From the sequence record SRR20825006_1582: a DNA stretch of 36,182 bases; one strand, given 5' to 3'. How positions within the stretch are numbered: position 1 is the first letter of the stretch; every line of letters starts with the position of its first letter. Below are positions 18,004 to 28,446 of the stretch, piece after piece. Below the pieces are notes generated by a model. The model was not told the DNA's origin, did not search any database, and saw only the letters and a list, made by a program, of their open reading frames with translations. Both the position numbers and the translations under genes were made by a program.

Positions 18004-18924
18004 CTAGTCAATGCTCACCCGCACACCATGCGGCTTCACACCTTCCGGCTCGACATGAATGGCAAGCGTTGATCCGGGGATCGCCTGCTTGATCGCCACT
18101 TCCAGCCGGTCACAGATATCATGCGCTTCGCCAACGGACATATCCGGGGGAACCACAAGATGAAAATCGATGAAGGCCGCCGACCCGGCGCGGCGGGTTT
18201 TGAGATCATGGACACCGGACAATCCGCTGGCATTTTCAACGATCGCCTGCCGGATTGTTTCTTCTTCATCCTTTGCCAGTGCCGTATCCATCAGCCCGCC
18301 GACCGATTCAGCAATCAGCTGCCAGCCCGCATACAGAATATGAGCCGCGACCAGAAGCGCCAGCAACGGATCGAAAATCGGATATCCGGTCGCAAGCGCG
18401 ATGCCAAGTCCAACCACAACACCGATGGACGTCACAACATCGGTTCGAATGTGCTGGCCATCGGCCACCAGCGCCGGCGAACGGGCGGCCCGCCCCGCAC
18501 GGATCAACGTATAGGCCCAGACACCATTGATCAGACTGGCAACGACGTTCACGCCAAGACCGATGAAAATATCGTTCGGCATTTTCGGATGAAAAAGCTC
18601 AGCAAAGGCTTCACGGAAAATCAGGAGAGCTGCAACAATAATCGCAACGCCCTCGATCACCGCGGAGAGATATTCAGCCTTGTGGTGCCCGAATTGATGA
18701 TCATGATCTGCTGGTTTTGAAGCATAGACAATCGCAATGAACGCACCGACAGAGGCGACCACGTTGACGATTGATTCCAGCGCATCCGACAATAGTGCCA
18801 CCGAGCCGGTGACATACCAGGCCGCCAGTTTGATCGCCAGAACAAGTAATGAAAGCGGAATGGTATAAAACGCAAGCCGCCTCGGCATTGCGTTTCCATG
18901 TCCGTGGCTATGACCACCGCTCAT
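18004..18924 (-). CDS. Cation diffusion facilitator (FieF/EmfA-like Fe/Mn exporter)
   Basis: SVALLSDALES, KPAD.DHQFGHHKAE, ADGQHIRTD, C-terminal IHVEP; His-rich N-terminus. Confidence 0.9.
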   Translation of the reverse strand: MSGGHSHGHGNAMPRRLAFYTIPLSLLVLAIKLAAWYVTGSVALLSDALESIVNVVASVGAFIAIVYASKPADHDHQFGHHKAEYLSAVIEGVAIIVAALLIFREAFAELFHPKMPNDIFIGLGVNVVASLINGVWAYTLIRAGRAARSPALVADGQHIRTDVVTSIGVVVGLGIALATGYPIFDPLLALLVAAHILYAGWQLIAESVGGLMDTALAKDEEETIRQAIVENASGLSGVHDLKTRRAGSAAFIDFHLVVPPDMSVGEAHDICDRLEVAIKQAIPGSTLAIHVEPEGVKPHGVRVSID

Positions 18925-19038
18925 TCAGGCCTCCGTCCTCATCCCTGCCGGGCAGGCGTGCCGACCCGTCGAACCGGCACGCAGAATCATTTGACGGTTT
19001 GCTACGCCACAGATGCAACGCGAGCAAGACAGTATAAC

Positions 19039-21246
19039 TTACCCTGCCGCCCGTTTGCCCGCAGCAGGGGCATCACCGGAGCCGATAAGTTTGCCAATCA
19101 CATTTTCGATAATCCGCATACCGGCATCACCGCCAAGCGTCATAATCGATTCGGGATGAAACTGGACCGCGCCGACCGGCTCGCTGACATGCTCGATCCC
19201 CATGACGATCCCGTCATCAGTCTCGGCAGAAATCATAAACTCCGATGGCAGTTCCACAGCATCGGCAAAGATCGAATGATACCGGCCAACAGTGATCTCC
19301 TGCGGCAGTCCGTCAAACAGGCGACCATGCTCCAGAATGCGGATGCGCGAAGGCTTGCCATGCATCGGAACCGCCAGTTGCCTGAGCGTGCCGCCATAGG
19401 CTTCCGCCAGTGCCTGAAGGCCAAGGCAGACGCCGAAAATCGGCAACCCGCGTTTGCGTGCCTGCTGAATGGTTGTCTTGCAATCAAAATCCTTCGGCAT
19501 ACCCGGCCCCGGCGAAAGCACGACGAGATCAGGTGATACCCGTTTAAAGGTTTCATCCGACACCGGCGAACGCACGGTTGCAACCTCCGCACCTGTCTGG
19601 CGGAAATAATTCGCCAGCGTGTGCACGAAACTGTCCTCGTGATCGACCAGCAGGATTTTTACCCCGGCACCGAGCCGGGAGACCTGGCGTGCCGCAGGCT
19701 GAAGTTTTGCCGCATCCGCCTCGCGGATTGCCGCCAGCATGGCTGAAGCTTTCAATTCTGTTTCCGCCTCTTCTTCCTGCGGGTTTGAATCATAAAGCAG
19801 CGTGGCTCCGGCGCGCACCTCGGCAACGCCCTCCTTCACGCGGATCGTTCTGAGCGTCAGCCCGGTATTCATATCACCGTTGAAGCCGATCATGCCAATA
19901 GCACCACCATACCAGGCCCGTGGGCTTTTTTCATGATTCTCGATAAAACGCATCGCCCAGAGCTTCGGCGCCCCGGTGACAGTCACAGCCCAGGCATGGC
20001 TCAAAAACGCATCGAAAGCATCCATATCCGGGCGAAGACGGCCTTCGATATGATCAACGGTATGGATCAGGCGCGAATACATCTCGATCTGCCGGCGGCC
20101 AATGACCTTGACCGACCCCGGCTCGCAGACCCGGCTCTTGTCATTGCGGTCGACATCGGAACACATCGTCAGTTCGGACTCATCCTTTTGCGAGTTCAGC
20201 AGTTTGAGAATCTGCTCGCTGTCTGCAATCGGATCTTCACCACGCTTGATCGTTCCGGAAATCGGACAGGTCTCGACCCTGCGCCCGGTCACGCGGACGA
20301 ACATTTCCGGCGATGCGCCAATCAGATATTCCTGATTGCCCAGATTGATGAAGAAGGAATAAGGCGACGGATTGGTCGCTTTCAACCGTTTGGAAATCGC
20401 CGACGGCTTCGTCGCGCACCGCTCCATGAATTTCTGGCCCGGCACGGCTTCAAAGAGATCCCCCCGTACAAAGCTTTCCTTGGCTTTCATCACCAGTTCG
20501 GCATATTCACCGGGCTTGTGATCACTCTTCGGCGGCACGCGGTCAGACGCCTTGAACGGTTCAGGCGCAATATCTCCCGCCTTGCCTTCAGTCGTTAGAC
20601 CATCACGAGCGAAATCATAGCGGTCAATCCAGGCTTCAGCAGCATGGTTGTCAACCATCAGCACTTCGTCCGGCAGGTAAAGCAGCATGTCGCGCTGATC
20701 GTCAGGACGCTTCAGCTTCAGGTTCACCGCATCAAACTGGAAGGCAAGATCGTAACCGAACGCACCGTAAAGCCCGAGACTGGCATCGACGTCGGAGTAA
20801 AACAGATCGACAATAGCGCGCAGAACCGTGAAAACCGTCGGAGCCTTGGATCGCTCCTCTTCGGTGAACTGACGGTGCGGCTCGTCAACCTTGAGATCGA
20901 TGCGGTCTGCCGTCTTCGCAACGATTGAGACCTCTTCCAGATTTTCCAGAACCGGCAGAATGAACGATAGCAGAACCTCACCGCGCTCGTTGAACGCTTC
21001 CAGCCACATGGTCCGGCCATGACATGAAATACCCACTGGCGGATCAATGACCGCCGTGTCCCAGCGCGTATAGCGGCCCGGATACTCATAGTTGGAAGAA
21101 AAAACCGCACCGCGGCGTTCGTCCAGCCGGTCAATGTAGCTGGAAACGGAATCGTCATAGGGCACATAACGTCGCGTTCGCGTGATTGCGATACCGCCTC
21201 TGGTTTTATACTGCTCCCCGTCCCCGGACCGTTCATGAAGGCTCAT
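19039..21246 (-). CDS. trpE: Anthranilate synthase, fused TrpE(G)
   Basis: Chorismate-binding domain ([24 protein letters not shown]) fused to a GATase domain (SPGPG, GVCLG, QFHPES). Confidence 0.96.
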   Translation of the reverse strand: MSLHERSGDGEQYKTRGGIAITRTRRYVPYDDSVSSYIDRLDERRGAVFSSNYEYPGRYTRWDTAVIDPPVGISCHGRTMWLEAFNERGEVLLSFILPVLENLEEVSIVAKTADRIDLKVDEPHRQFTEEERSKAPTVFTVLRAIVDLFYSDVDASLGLYGAFGYDLAFQFDAVNLKLKRPDDQRDMLLYLPDEVLMVDNHAAEAWIDRYDFARDGLTTEGKAGDIAPEPFKASDRVPPKSDHKPGEYAELVMKAKESFVRGDLFEAVPGQKFMERCATKPSAISKRLKATNPSPYSFFINLGNQEYLIGASPEMFVRVTGRRVETCPISGTIKRGEDPIADSEQILKLLNSQKDESELTMCSDVDRNDKSRVCEPGSVKVIGRRQIEMYSRLIHTVDHIEGRLRPDMDAFDAFLSHAWAVTVTGAPKLWAMRFIENHEKSPRAWYGGAIGMIGFNGDMNTGLTLRTIRVKEGVAEVRAGATLLYDSNPQEEEAETELKASAMLAAIREADAAKLQPAARQVSRLGAGVKILLVDHEDSFVHTLANYFRQTGAEVATVRSPVSDETFKRVSPDLVVLSPGPGMPKDFDCKTTIQQARKRGLPIFGVCLGLQALAEAYGGTLRQLAVPMHGKPSRIRILEHGRLFDGLPQEITVGRYHSIFADAVELPSEFMISAETDDGIVMGIEHVSEPVGAVQFHPESIMTLGGDAGMRIIENVIGKLIGSGDAPAAGKRAAG

Positions 21247-21343
21247 TTGAACTCTGCTCCACCGTCGTCATATGCAAGCCCGATTTCTGAAGCGGTCTTG
21301 CGCCTTTGGTTTCCTTGCCCTGAAATCAGGCGGCCCTCATAAC

Positions 21344-21373
21344 AAAAAAGCCGCCTCAGACTTCGGGCGGCTT
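21344..21373 (-). terminator. trp attenuator terminator
   Basis: AAGCCGCC...GGCGGCTT stem followed by a T-run, between trpL and trpE(G). Confidence 0.85.
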
Positions 21374-21410
21374 CATAGGATCAGAAAAACATACGTGATC
21401 GCGGCCGCCG

Positions 21411-21455
21411 TTAGCGAACCCACCACCACTTTGCAATGTTCTTAATTCTGATCAT
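21411..21455 (-). CDS. trpL: trp leader peptide MIRIKNIAKWWWVR
   Basis: 14-aa uORF with TGG TGG TGG, followed by GGCGGC (able to pair with the terminator 5' arm GCCGCC) and the terminator. Confidence 0.93.
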   Translation of the reverse strand: MIRIKNIAKWWWVR

Positions 21456-21462
21456 GCGTTTC

Positions 21463-21491
21463 TTCTACCCGAAGCCGCAAATACTGGCAAG
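21463..21491 (-). promoter_or_regulatory. trpL promoter (leaderless transcript)
   Basis: CTTGCC-N17-GTAGAA, then 7 nt to the trpL ATG. Confidence 0.6.
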
Positions 21492-21652
21492 CCGCAAACC
21501 CGCAAGCGTGATAAGATAAAACCGGCACGTTGAGGACGGCACCCAAGAGCACATGAATGAAATACCCTTTTCAGCGATGTTACTTGCCCGCCCCTACGCG
21601 CAAGGATATTCGGCTTTTTAGCGATTCTTCAAAACCCGACAGGAGTACCGAT

Positions 21653-23344
21653 ATGCCGGAAACCGCTCAAGAGACCGGCCAGTTGCAATGCTGGTGGAAG
21701 GAAGCCGTCGCCTATCAAATCTATCCACGATCTTTCGCAGATTCCAATGGAGACGGCATCGGTGACATTCCCGGCATCATCGAAAAGCTAGACTATATCG
21801 CCGATCTCGGCATTGACGTGATCTGGCTTTCGCCACACTTTGACAGTCCGAACGCCGATAACGGTTACGACATCCGGGATTATCGCAAGGTGATGGCCGA
21901 GTTCGGGACGATGGCCGATTTCGATCGCCTGCTTGCCGGGATCAAACAGCGTGGTATGCGGCTGATCATTGATCTCGTGGTGAACCACTCCAGTGACGAG
22001 CATGAATGGTTCGTGGAAAGCCGGTCCTCACGCGACAACCCGAAACGGGACTATTATATCTGGCGCGACGGAGCCAAAGGCGTTCCCAATAATTTCGTCT
22101 CCTACTTCGGTGGGTCAGCATGGGAAAAAGACGAGGAAACCGGCGACTATTACCTGCATTACTTTGCGAAAAAGCAACCCGACCTGAACTGGGATAATGA
22201 AGATGTGCGCGCGGAAGTCTACGACCTGATGCGTTTCTGGCTCGACAAGGGCGTCTCGGGGTTCCGTATGGATGTGATCCCCTTCATCTCAAAGGATTTC
22301 GAATTTCCCGATCTTACCGACGAGCAAATGAAAGATCCGGGACGGGTTTATGCCTCCGGGCCACGTCTGCATGAGTATCTGCAGGAGATGAACCGCGAAG
22401 TCCTTTCCCAATACGATTGCATGACGGTGGGCGAAGCCGCCGGTGTTTCCGATGCCGAGACCCCGCTTTTCGTCGACGAGGCCCGCAACGAACTCAACAT
22501 GATCTTCAATTTCGCCGTTGTCATGCTCGACCGCGATGGGTGGCGCTGGAAGGAACGCAAGCTCACCGACCTGAAGGCGACTTTTGACCGCCTCGACAAA
22601 GCCGTCGGCATGACGGGCTGGAACACTGTTTTCCTCGGCAATCACGATCAGCCACGCGCTGTGAACCACTTTGGCGATGCCAGTCCGACATTTCGCACTC
22701 TTTCCGCCAAGGCGCTTGCGACCATGATGCTGACCATGCGCGGCACCCCCTTCATCTATCAGGGGGAGGAACTGGGCATGACGAACTTTCCGTTCACCAG
22801 CCTTGATGAATTCGACGACATCGAAGTGCGTGGCCTCAGAAAAGACCATGTGGAAACCGGCAAGGTCAGCGCCGGGGAACTTCTCGAAAATCTTAACAGG
22901 AACAGTCGTGATCATGCCCGCACACCGATGCAGTGGGATGACAGCGCCAATGCCGGCTTCACGACCGCCGAAGAGCCGTGGCTTGCGGTCAACCCGAACT
23001 ATCCCGATATCAACGCAGAAGCCGAATGCAGCAATGAAAACTCAATTTACCACCATTATCGCAAGCTGATCGCACTGCGTCACAAAACCCCTGCCCTCGT
23101 TTATGGCAGCTACCGGGATATTGCGCCAGAAGACGAGCAGATATTCGCCTTTGAACGCATGCTTGGCGATAACCGTCTGATCACTGTCATCAACTTTTCA
23201 GGAGAGCCGGTGATGTGGGATGAAGAGGTTGTAGAAGGGTCTGAGGTTCTCATAAGCAATGACCAGCGGCGCGATACAACCATTCCCGGTCCAGAACTCA
23301 CGCTTCTGCCTTGGGAAGCCGTCGTTCTGCGCCCGGTGCGGTAA
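21653..23344 (+). CDS. GH13 alpha-glucosidase / oligo-1,6-glucosidase
   Basis: YQIYPRSF.DSNGDGIGD, DLVVNH, QPDLN, catalytic GFRMDV / TVGE / NHD; AGGAG SD before ATG 21653. Confidence 0.92.
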   Translation: MPETAQETGQLQCWWKEAVAYQIYPRSFADSNGDGIGDIPGIIEKLDYIADLGIDVIWLSPHFDSPNADNGYDIRDYRKVMAEFGTMADFDRLLAGIKQRGMRLIIDLVVNHSSDEHEWFVESRSSRDNPKRDYYIWRDGAKGVPNNFVSYFGGSAWEKDEETGDYYLHYFAKKQPDLNWDNEDVRAEVYDLMRFWLDKGVSGFRMDVIPFISKDFEFPDLTDEQMKDPGRVYASGPRLHEYLQEMNREVLSQYDCMTVGEAAGVSDAETPLFVDEARNELNMIFNFAVVMLDRDGWRWKERKLTDLKATFDRLDKAVGMTGWNTVFLGNHDQPRAVNHFGDASPTFRTLSAKALATMMLTMRGTPFIYQGEELGMTNFPFTSLDEFDDIEVRGLRKDHVETGKVSAGELLENLNRNSRDHARTPMQWDDSANAGFTTAEEPWLAVNPNYPDINAEAECSNENSIYHHYRKLIALRHKTPALVYGSYRDIAPEDEQIFAFERMLGDNRLITVINFSGEPVMWDEEVVEGSEVLISNDQRRDTTIPGPELTLLPWEAVVLRPVR

Positions 23345-23363
23345 CATAACAGGCTGAAACGGG

Positions 23364-23390
23364 AAACGGCGCCTCACCGGGCGCCGTTTT
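23364..23390. terminator. Probable bidirectional terminator between GH13 and secA
   Basis: AAACGGCGCC-loop-GGCGCCGTTTT between convergent genes. Confidence 0.7.
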
Positions 23391-23416
23391 GAATTCCATC
23401 ATATCAAAAGATACGA

Positions 23417-26200
23417 TCAGGCAAGCCGGCCGTGACAATGCTTGAATTTCTTGCCGGAACCACATGGGCAAAGCTCGTTGCGCCCGGTATTTTTCCACTC
23501 TTCCGGAAGCGCCGCCAGATCGGCCGCCGTCGCGGGTTGCGGTGCGGCCTCATCCATTTCATTTTCCCCGGTTTCCGGGTTGATGTGGCTCGCCTTTAAC
23601 TGTGAAGGGTCAACAGCGGGTTGAGGTTGCGGCTGGTTTTCACGAACCAGATGAACACGGGAAAGCTGCGAAATCGCCATTTCACGCATATTACTCAGAA
23701 GATGCTGGAAAAGCTCAAAGGCCTCGGCCTTGTATTCCTGCAATGGATCACGCTGGGCATAGCCACGGAACCCGACAACCGAACGGAGATGATCAAGGTT
23801 GACAATATGCTCGCGCCACAGATTATCAAGCGACTGCATAACCAGTTGGCGCTCAACATATTTCATGACATCGGGGCCAAACTGCGCGGCTTGCTGAGCA
23901 CGCTCTTCCGCAGCCTTGTCAGCCGCTTCTGAGATACGCTGTTCAATTTCCGGCTCGGCGATGCCATCTTCGGCAGCCCATTCTTCAATCGGCAGGTCGA
24001 GATTGAGAAGCTGGCGGCAATCTTCCTTCAGCCCGTCAACATCCCACTGCTCGGCATAGGCACGCTCGGGAATGCGACGCTTGACGATATTTTCGATCAC
24101 ATCACTGCGCATATCGGCAACAAGATCCGAGATATCCTCAGAATCCATCAGCTCCTTGCGCTGATCAAAGACGACCTTACGCTGATCATTCAGCACATCA
24201 TCATACTTCAGAAGGTTCTTACGGATATCGAAGTTGCGGGCCTCAACCTTCTTTTGCGCCCGTTCCAGCGCCTTGTTGATCCATGGGTGAACGATCGCCT
24301 CGCCTTCTTTCAGGCCAAGCTTCTGCAACATGCTTTCCATCCGGTCGGAACCGAAGATGCGCATCAGATCGTCCTGCAGCGATAGATAGAATTTCGAACG
24401 CCCCGGGTCGCCCTGACGGCCCGAACGGCCACGCAACTGATTGTCGATGCGGCGGCTTTCGTGGCGCTCGGTCGCGATCACATACAGACCGCCAGCGGCC
24501 AATGCCTGCTCTTTCAGACGCGCCACATCTTCGCGAATGGCTTTTTCCCTGGCGTCACGTTCCGGGCCCGGCGGCGTGAACTTGCGTTCGACTTCGACAC
24601 GTTCGCCTTTCTCGTTGGCAACAATTTCTGTCCCCGGCTCAAGATAGCCCAGCTCGGCCTGAATACGCATTTCGAGATTGCCACCGAGCTGAATGTCGGT
24701 ACCGCGACCGGCCATATTGGTCGCAATCGTCAGGGCACTTGGCACACCGGCCTGTGAAATGATGAAGGCTTCCTGCTCGTGATAGCGAGCATTCAGGATC
24801 TTGAAATCGGTGATGCCATCGCGCGTCAGCGCAGCCGCCAGAAGCTCGGATTTTTCAATCGAGGTGGTGCCGACGAGAACCGGCTGCCCCTTTTCCTTGG
24901 CGATCTTGATCTCTTCGACAATCGCCAGATACTTTTCCTGCACGGTCAGATAGACTTCATCGTCTTCATCCAGACGTGCAATAGGCAGATTGGTTGGCAC
25001 TTCAACCACGTCCAGGCCGTAAATATTGCCAAACTCTTCTGCTTCCGTCGAAGCCGTCCCGGTCATACCGGCGAGCTTGCCATACATACGGAAATAGTTC
25101 TGGAAGGTGATGGACGCCAACGTCTGGTTTTCAGGCTGGATCTTGACGTTTTCCTTGGCTTCCAGAGCCTGATGCTGCCCTTCGGAATAACGCCGCCCCG
25201 GCATCATACGTCCGGTAAATTCATCAATGATGACAACTTCGTCATTGCGCACAATGTAATCTTTGTCACGGGTAAAGAGTTTATGCGCTTTCAATGCGTT
25301 GTTCAGATGATGAACCAGCGCGACGTTCTCGATATCGTAAAGCGATTCACCCTTCATCTGCCCTGATTCGGTCAGCATCTGCTCCAGCTTTTCCATTCCC
25401 TTTTCGGAAAAGTTCGCGGAGCGCTGCTTTTCATCCAGTTCGTAGTCGTCTTCATCCAGAAGCGGAATAACCTTGTCCATCGCGACATAGAGGTCGGAAC
25501 GGTCATCTAGCGGCCCGGAAATGATCAGCGGCGTACGCGCCTCATCGATCAGAATGGAGTCAACTTCGTCGACAATCGCGTAGTTATGGCCGCGCTGCAC
25601 CATCTCGGCGCGCTGCATTTTCATATTGTCGCGCAGAAAATCGAAGCCAAGCTCGTTATTGGTTCCGTAGGTAATGTCGCAGGCATACGCTTCGCGGCGT
25701 TGCTCATCATTCAGGCCATTGTGGATGACACCGGTCGTCAGCCCCAAAAAACCATAGAGCTTGGCCATGCCCTCGCTGTCGCGCCGTGCAAGATAGTCAT
25801 TGACCGTAACAACATGAACCCCCTTGCCGGACAGCGCATTCAGATAGACCGAAAGGGTTGCGACGAGCGTTTTACCTTCACCGGTTTTCATTTCGGCGAT
25901 GGAGTTTTCGTGCAGGATCATGCCGCCGATCAGCTGCACATCGAATGGCCTCATCCCCAGCACACGCTGCGAGGCTTCACGAACAACGGCGAAGGCTTCA
26001 ACAAGCAGATCGTCCAGGGATTTCCCCTCGGCAAGCTGCTTTTTGAATTCCTCGGTCTTGGCCTTCAGTTCGTCATCGGAAAGGGCCTTTATCTTTTCTT
26101 CCAGCGCGTTGATCGCAGCCACACGAGGTTTAAAGGAGCGGATCCGGCGATCATTGGCCGATCCAAACAGCTTGCGGGCGACGCCACCGAGAGAGACCAT
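23417..26200 (-). CDS. secA: Preprotein translocase ATPase SecA
   Basis: [48 protein letters not shown]-terminal [13 protein letters not shown]. Confidence 0.98.
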   Translation of the reverse strand: MVSLGGVARKLFGSANDRRIRSFKPRVAAINALEEKIKALSDDELKAKTEEFKKQLAEGKSLDDLLVEAFAVVREASQRVLGMRPFDVQLIGGMILHENSIAEMKTGEGKTLVATLSVYLNALSGKGVHVVTVNDYLARRDSEGMAKLYGFLGLTTGVIHNGLNDEQRREAYACDITYGTNNELGFDFLRDNMKMQRAEMVQRGHNYAIVDEVDSILIDEARTPLIISGPLDDRSDLYVAMDKVIPLLDEDDYELDEKQRSANFSEKGMEKLEQMLTESGQMKGESLYDIENVALVHHLNNALKAHKLFTRDKDYIVRNDEVVIIDEFTGRMMPGRRYSEGQHQALEAKENVKIQPENQTLASITFQNYFRMYGKLAGMTGTASTEAEEFGNIYGLDVVEVPTNLPIARLDEDDEVYLTVQEKYLAIVEEIKIAKEKGQPVLVGTTSIEKSELLAAALTRDGITDFKILNARYHEQEAFIISQAGVPSALTIATNMAGRGTDIQLGGNLEMRIQAELGYLEPGTEIVANEKGERVEVERKFTPPGPERDAREKAIREDVARLKEQALAAGGLYVIATERHESRRIDNQLRGRSGRQGDPGRSKFYLSLQDDLMRIFGSDRMESMLQKLGLKEGEAIVHPWINKALERAQKKVEARNFDIRKNLLKYDDVLNDQRKVVFDQRKELMDSEDISDLVADMRSDVIENIVKRRIPERAYAEQWDVDGLKEDCRQLLNLDLPIEEWAAEDGIAEPEIEQRISEAADKAAEERAQQAAQFGPDVMKYVERQLVMQSLDNLWREHIVNLDHLRSVVGFRGYAQRDPLQEYKAEAFELFQHLLSNMREMAISQLSRVHLVRENQPQPQPAVDPSQLKASHINPETGENEMDEAAPQPATAADLAALPEEWKNTGRNELCPCGSGKKFKHCHGRLA

Positions 26201-26326
26201 TTCAAAAGCTTCTTTCTGAAAGTTTTCCTGTTCGTTTCATACACCCTGTCTTCGATAACAAAGGGCCATGAAGAGAATGCATTCTGTCTCATCCGCCGGG
26301 TGAAGACCTTTCGGCAGATGGCAGAC

Positions 26327-26355
26327 AGATAAGAGGGGGGGTGAAAGATGTCAAC
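26327..26355 (-). promoter_or_regulatory. Putative secA promoter
   Basis: GTTGAC-N17-TTATCT. Confidence 0.55.
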
Positions 26356-26471
26356 GTGCCAACAATGATGACGGCCCCCATCTGCTCCATATTGGCCACA
26401 TTCCTGTGTTTCCGCTTACCCCTTGCGAACATCCGTTCGTATACTTTTCGGCAGGAAGGAAGGACAGTTTC

Positions 26472-27335
26472 ATGCAGAAAAGACAAATCGCGGCAGCCGC
26501 GCTTCTGGCTGCTTTCATTGGTACAGGTGTTCCGGCTTTGGCGCAGGACGCCAAGGCGGGCACAGACCAAACCGTTATTGCAACCGTGGCCGATCAACCG
26601 ATCTACAAGTCGGAACTCGATGACACGATCAAACAATTCAAGGGACAGTTCGGCAATATGCCGGAAAAGCGGATTGATGCGCTTGCGCTATCCAGCCTGA
26701 TCGACATGAAGCTTGTCAGCACAGCGGCCAAGGCGGAAGGACTCGATGAAACGCCTGACTTCAAGCTGAGCATGGCCAAAGCCCGCCAGCAGGCCCTTTA
26801 TAACGAATTTTATGACGAGCACATCGCCAGCCAGGTAACTGACGATATGGTCAGGGCACGTTATGATCAGGACATCAAGCAGATGCCAAAGCAGAAAGAG
26901 ATCCATGCCCGGCAGATCCTGGTTGCTGATGAAGCTCAGGCCGACAAGGTCATCAAACAGCTGGATGACGGTGGCGATTTCGCCAAACTGGCGTCAGAAT
27001 ACTCGACCGGCCCCAGCGCTAAAAACGGTGGCGACCTCGGTTATTTCACCAAGGGCCAGATGGTACCGGAATTTGAAAAAGCTGCCTTCGACCTGAAGCC
27101 GGGTCAGTATACCGAAAAGCCGGTCAAGACTGAATTCGGCTATCATGTGATCGAGGTAGAGGATGTTCGCGACAAGGCTCCGGCAAGCTTCGATCAGGTT
27201 GCACCGCAGATCCGCCAGTCGCTACTGCGAGAAGAGTATGTCAAGCAGCTCAAGGCTCTGAAAAGCGACGGCACCATTTCGATCAAGGATAAGGCATTGC
27301 AGGCCGCGTACGATTCTGTCAACGACCAGCAGTAG
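26472..27335 (+). CDS. Parvulin-type peptidylprolyl isomerase (PrsA/Plp-like), copy 1
   Basis: Sec signal peptide (ALA-Q), HARQILV, GGDLGYF, MVPEFE, TEFGYHVI; AAGGAAGGA SD. Confidence 0.9.
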   Translation: MQKRQIAAAALLAAFIGTGVPALAQDAKAGTDQTVIATVADQPIYKSELDDTIKQFKGQFGNMPEKRIDALALSSLIDMKLVSTAAKAEGLDETPDFKLSMAKARQQALYNEFYDEHIASQVTDDMVRARYDQDIKQMPKQKEIHARQILVADEAQADKVIKQLDDGGDFAKLASEYSTGPSAKNGGDLGYFTKGQMVPEFEKAAFDLKPGQYTEKPVKTEFGYHVIEVEDVRDKAPASFDQVAPQIRQSLLREEYVKQLKALKSDGTISIKDKALQAAYDSVNDQQ

Positions 27336-27408
27336 CAGGAAGCACCGCCGGCCCAGCTGTCATGCACCGGGCCGGTGGTACACCGCGAGCAAAGCCAAAT
27401 CCCATTTC

Positions 27409-27424
27409 ATTACAATACTGTAAT
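27409..27424. promoter_or_regulatory. Palindromic operator candidate ATTACA-N4-TGTAAT
   Basis: Perfect 6-4-6 inverted repeat upstream of PPIase copy 2. Confidence 0.35.
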
Positions 27425-27528
27425 CCGGGTATGGACCTAAAGACGGTTCCATATGGCTTGTAACCTGTGCTACCGCTTGCCGGGAAGTTACACTTTAAAC
27501 ACGAATTACAAGCGATAAAGGTGATCAT

Positions 27529-28389
27529 ATGCAGAAAAGACAGTTTGCGGCAGCAGCATTGCTGGCAACGGTCGTTGGTTTCAGCGCTCCGGCTTTTGCA
27601 CAGGACACAGATGCCAGCAAGACCGTCGTTGCCACGGTCGCCGGTGAGCCTGTTTATCAGTCCGAACTGAATGAAACGGTCGATCAGTTCAAAGGTCAAT
27701 TCGGACAGCTTTCGGAAGATCAGCTGAAGGCGGTTGCGCTTTCCAGCCTTATCGACATGAGGCTCATTGTTGCCGATGCTGAGGCCAAAGGCCTTGATGA
27801 AACCGACGCGTTCAAGAAGCGCCTGGCCCAGGCACGAGAGCAGGAGCTCTACAATGCCTACTTCGATCAGGAAATCGGCGGAAAGATCACCGATGAAATG
27901 CTGAAAGCACGTTACGAAGAGGAAATCGCCAAGTCGCCTAAGCAGGACGAGATCCACGCACGCCACATTCTGGTTGAAACTCAGGAAGAAGCCGACGACA
28001 TCATCAAACAGCTTGATGACGGCGCTGATTTTGCCGAACTCGCGAAAGAACATTCCACCGGCCCGTCCGGTGAAAAGGGTGGCGATCTCGGTTACTTCGG
28101 CAAGGGCCAGATGGTACCGGAATTTGAAGAGGCCGCCTTTGCGCTTGAACCCGGCCAGCACACCGAAGAACCGGTTCAGACCGAGTTTGGCTTTCATGTG
28201 ATCGAAGTTGAGGATAAGCGCGAAAAAGCGCCGGTTGCTTTCGACCAGATCAAGGATCAGTTGCGCCAGCTCATCATCGGTGAGCAGTACAATGACGTCC
28301 TGAGCAGCATGAAGGAAGGCGATACGGTCGTAATCGAAGATGAGGGCTTGCAAGACGCCTATGAGGCGATCAATAAACAAAAGCAGTAA
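27529..28389 (+). CDS. Parvulin-type peptidylprolyl isomerase (PrsA/Plp-like), copy 2
   Basis: Signal peptide (AFA-Q), HARHILV, GGDLGYF, MVPEFE, TEFGFHVI; colinear paralog of 26472-27335. Confidence 0.92.
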   Translation: MQKRQFAAAALLATVVGFSAPAFAQDTDASKTVVATVAGEPVYQSELNETVDQFKGQFGQLSEDQLKAVALSSLIDMRLIVADAEAKGLDETDAFKKRLAQAREQELYNAYFDQEIGGKITDEMLKARYEEEIAKSPKQDEIHARHILVETQEEADDIIKQLDDGADFAELAKEHSTGPSGEKGGDLGYFGKGQMVPEFEEAAFALEPGQHTEEPVQTEFGFHVIEVEDKREKAPVAFDQIKDQLRQLIIGEQYNDVLSSMKEGDTVVIEDEGLQDAYEAINKQKQ

Positions 28390-28446
28390 GCAACATCTCA
28401 TCCGGCCCGTGCGAAAAGCGGGCCGGACCCATATCAGGGGGTATTC

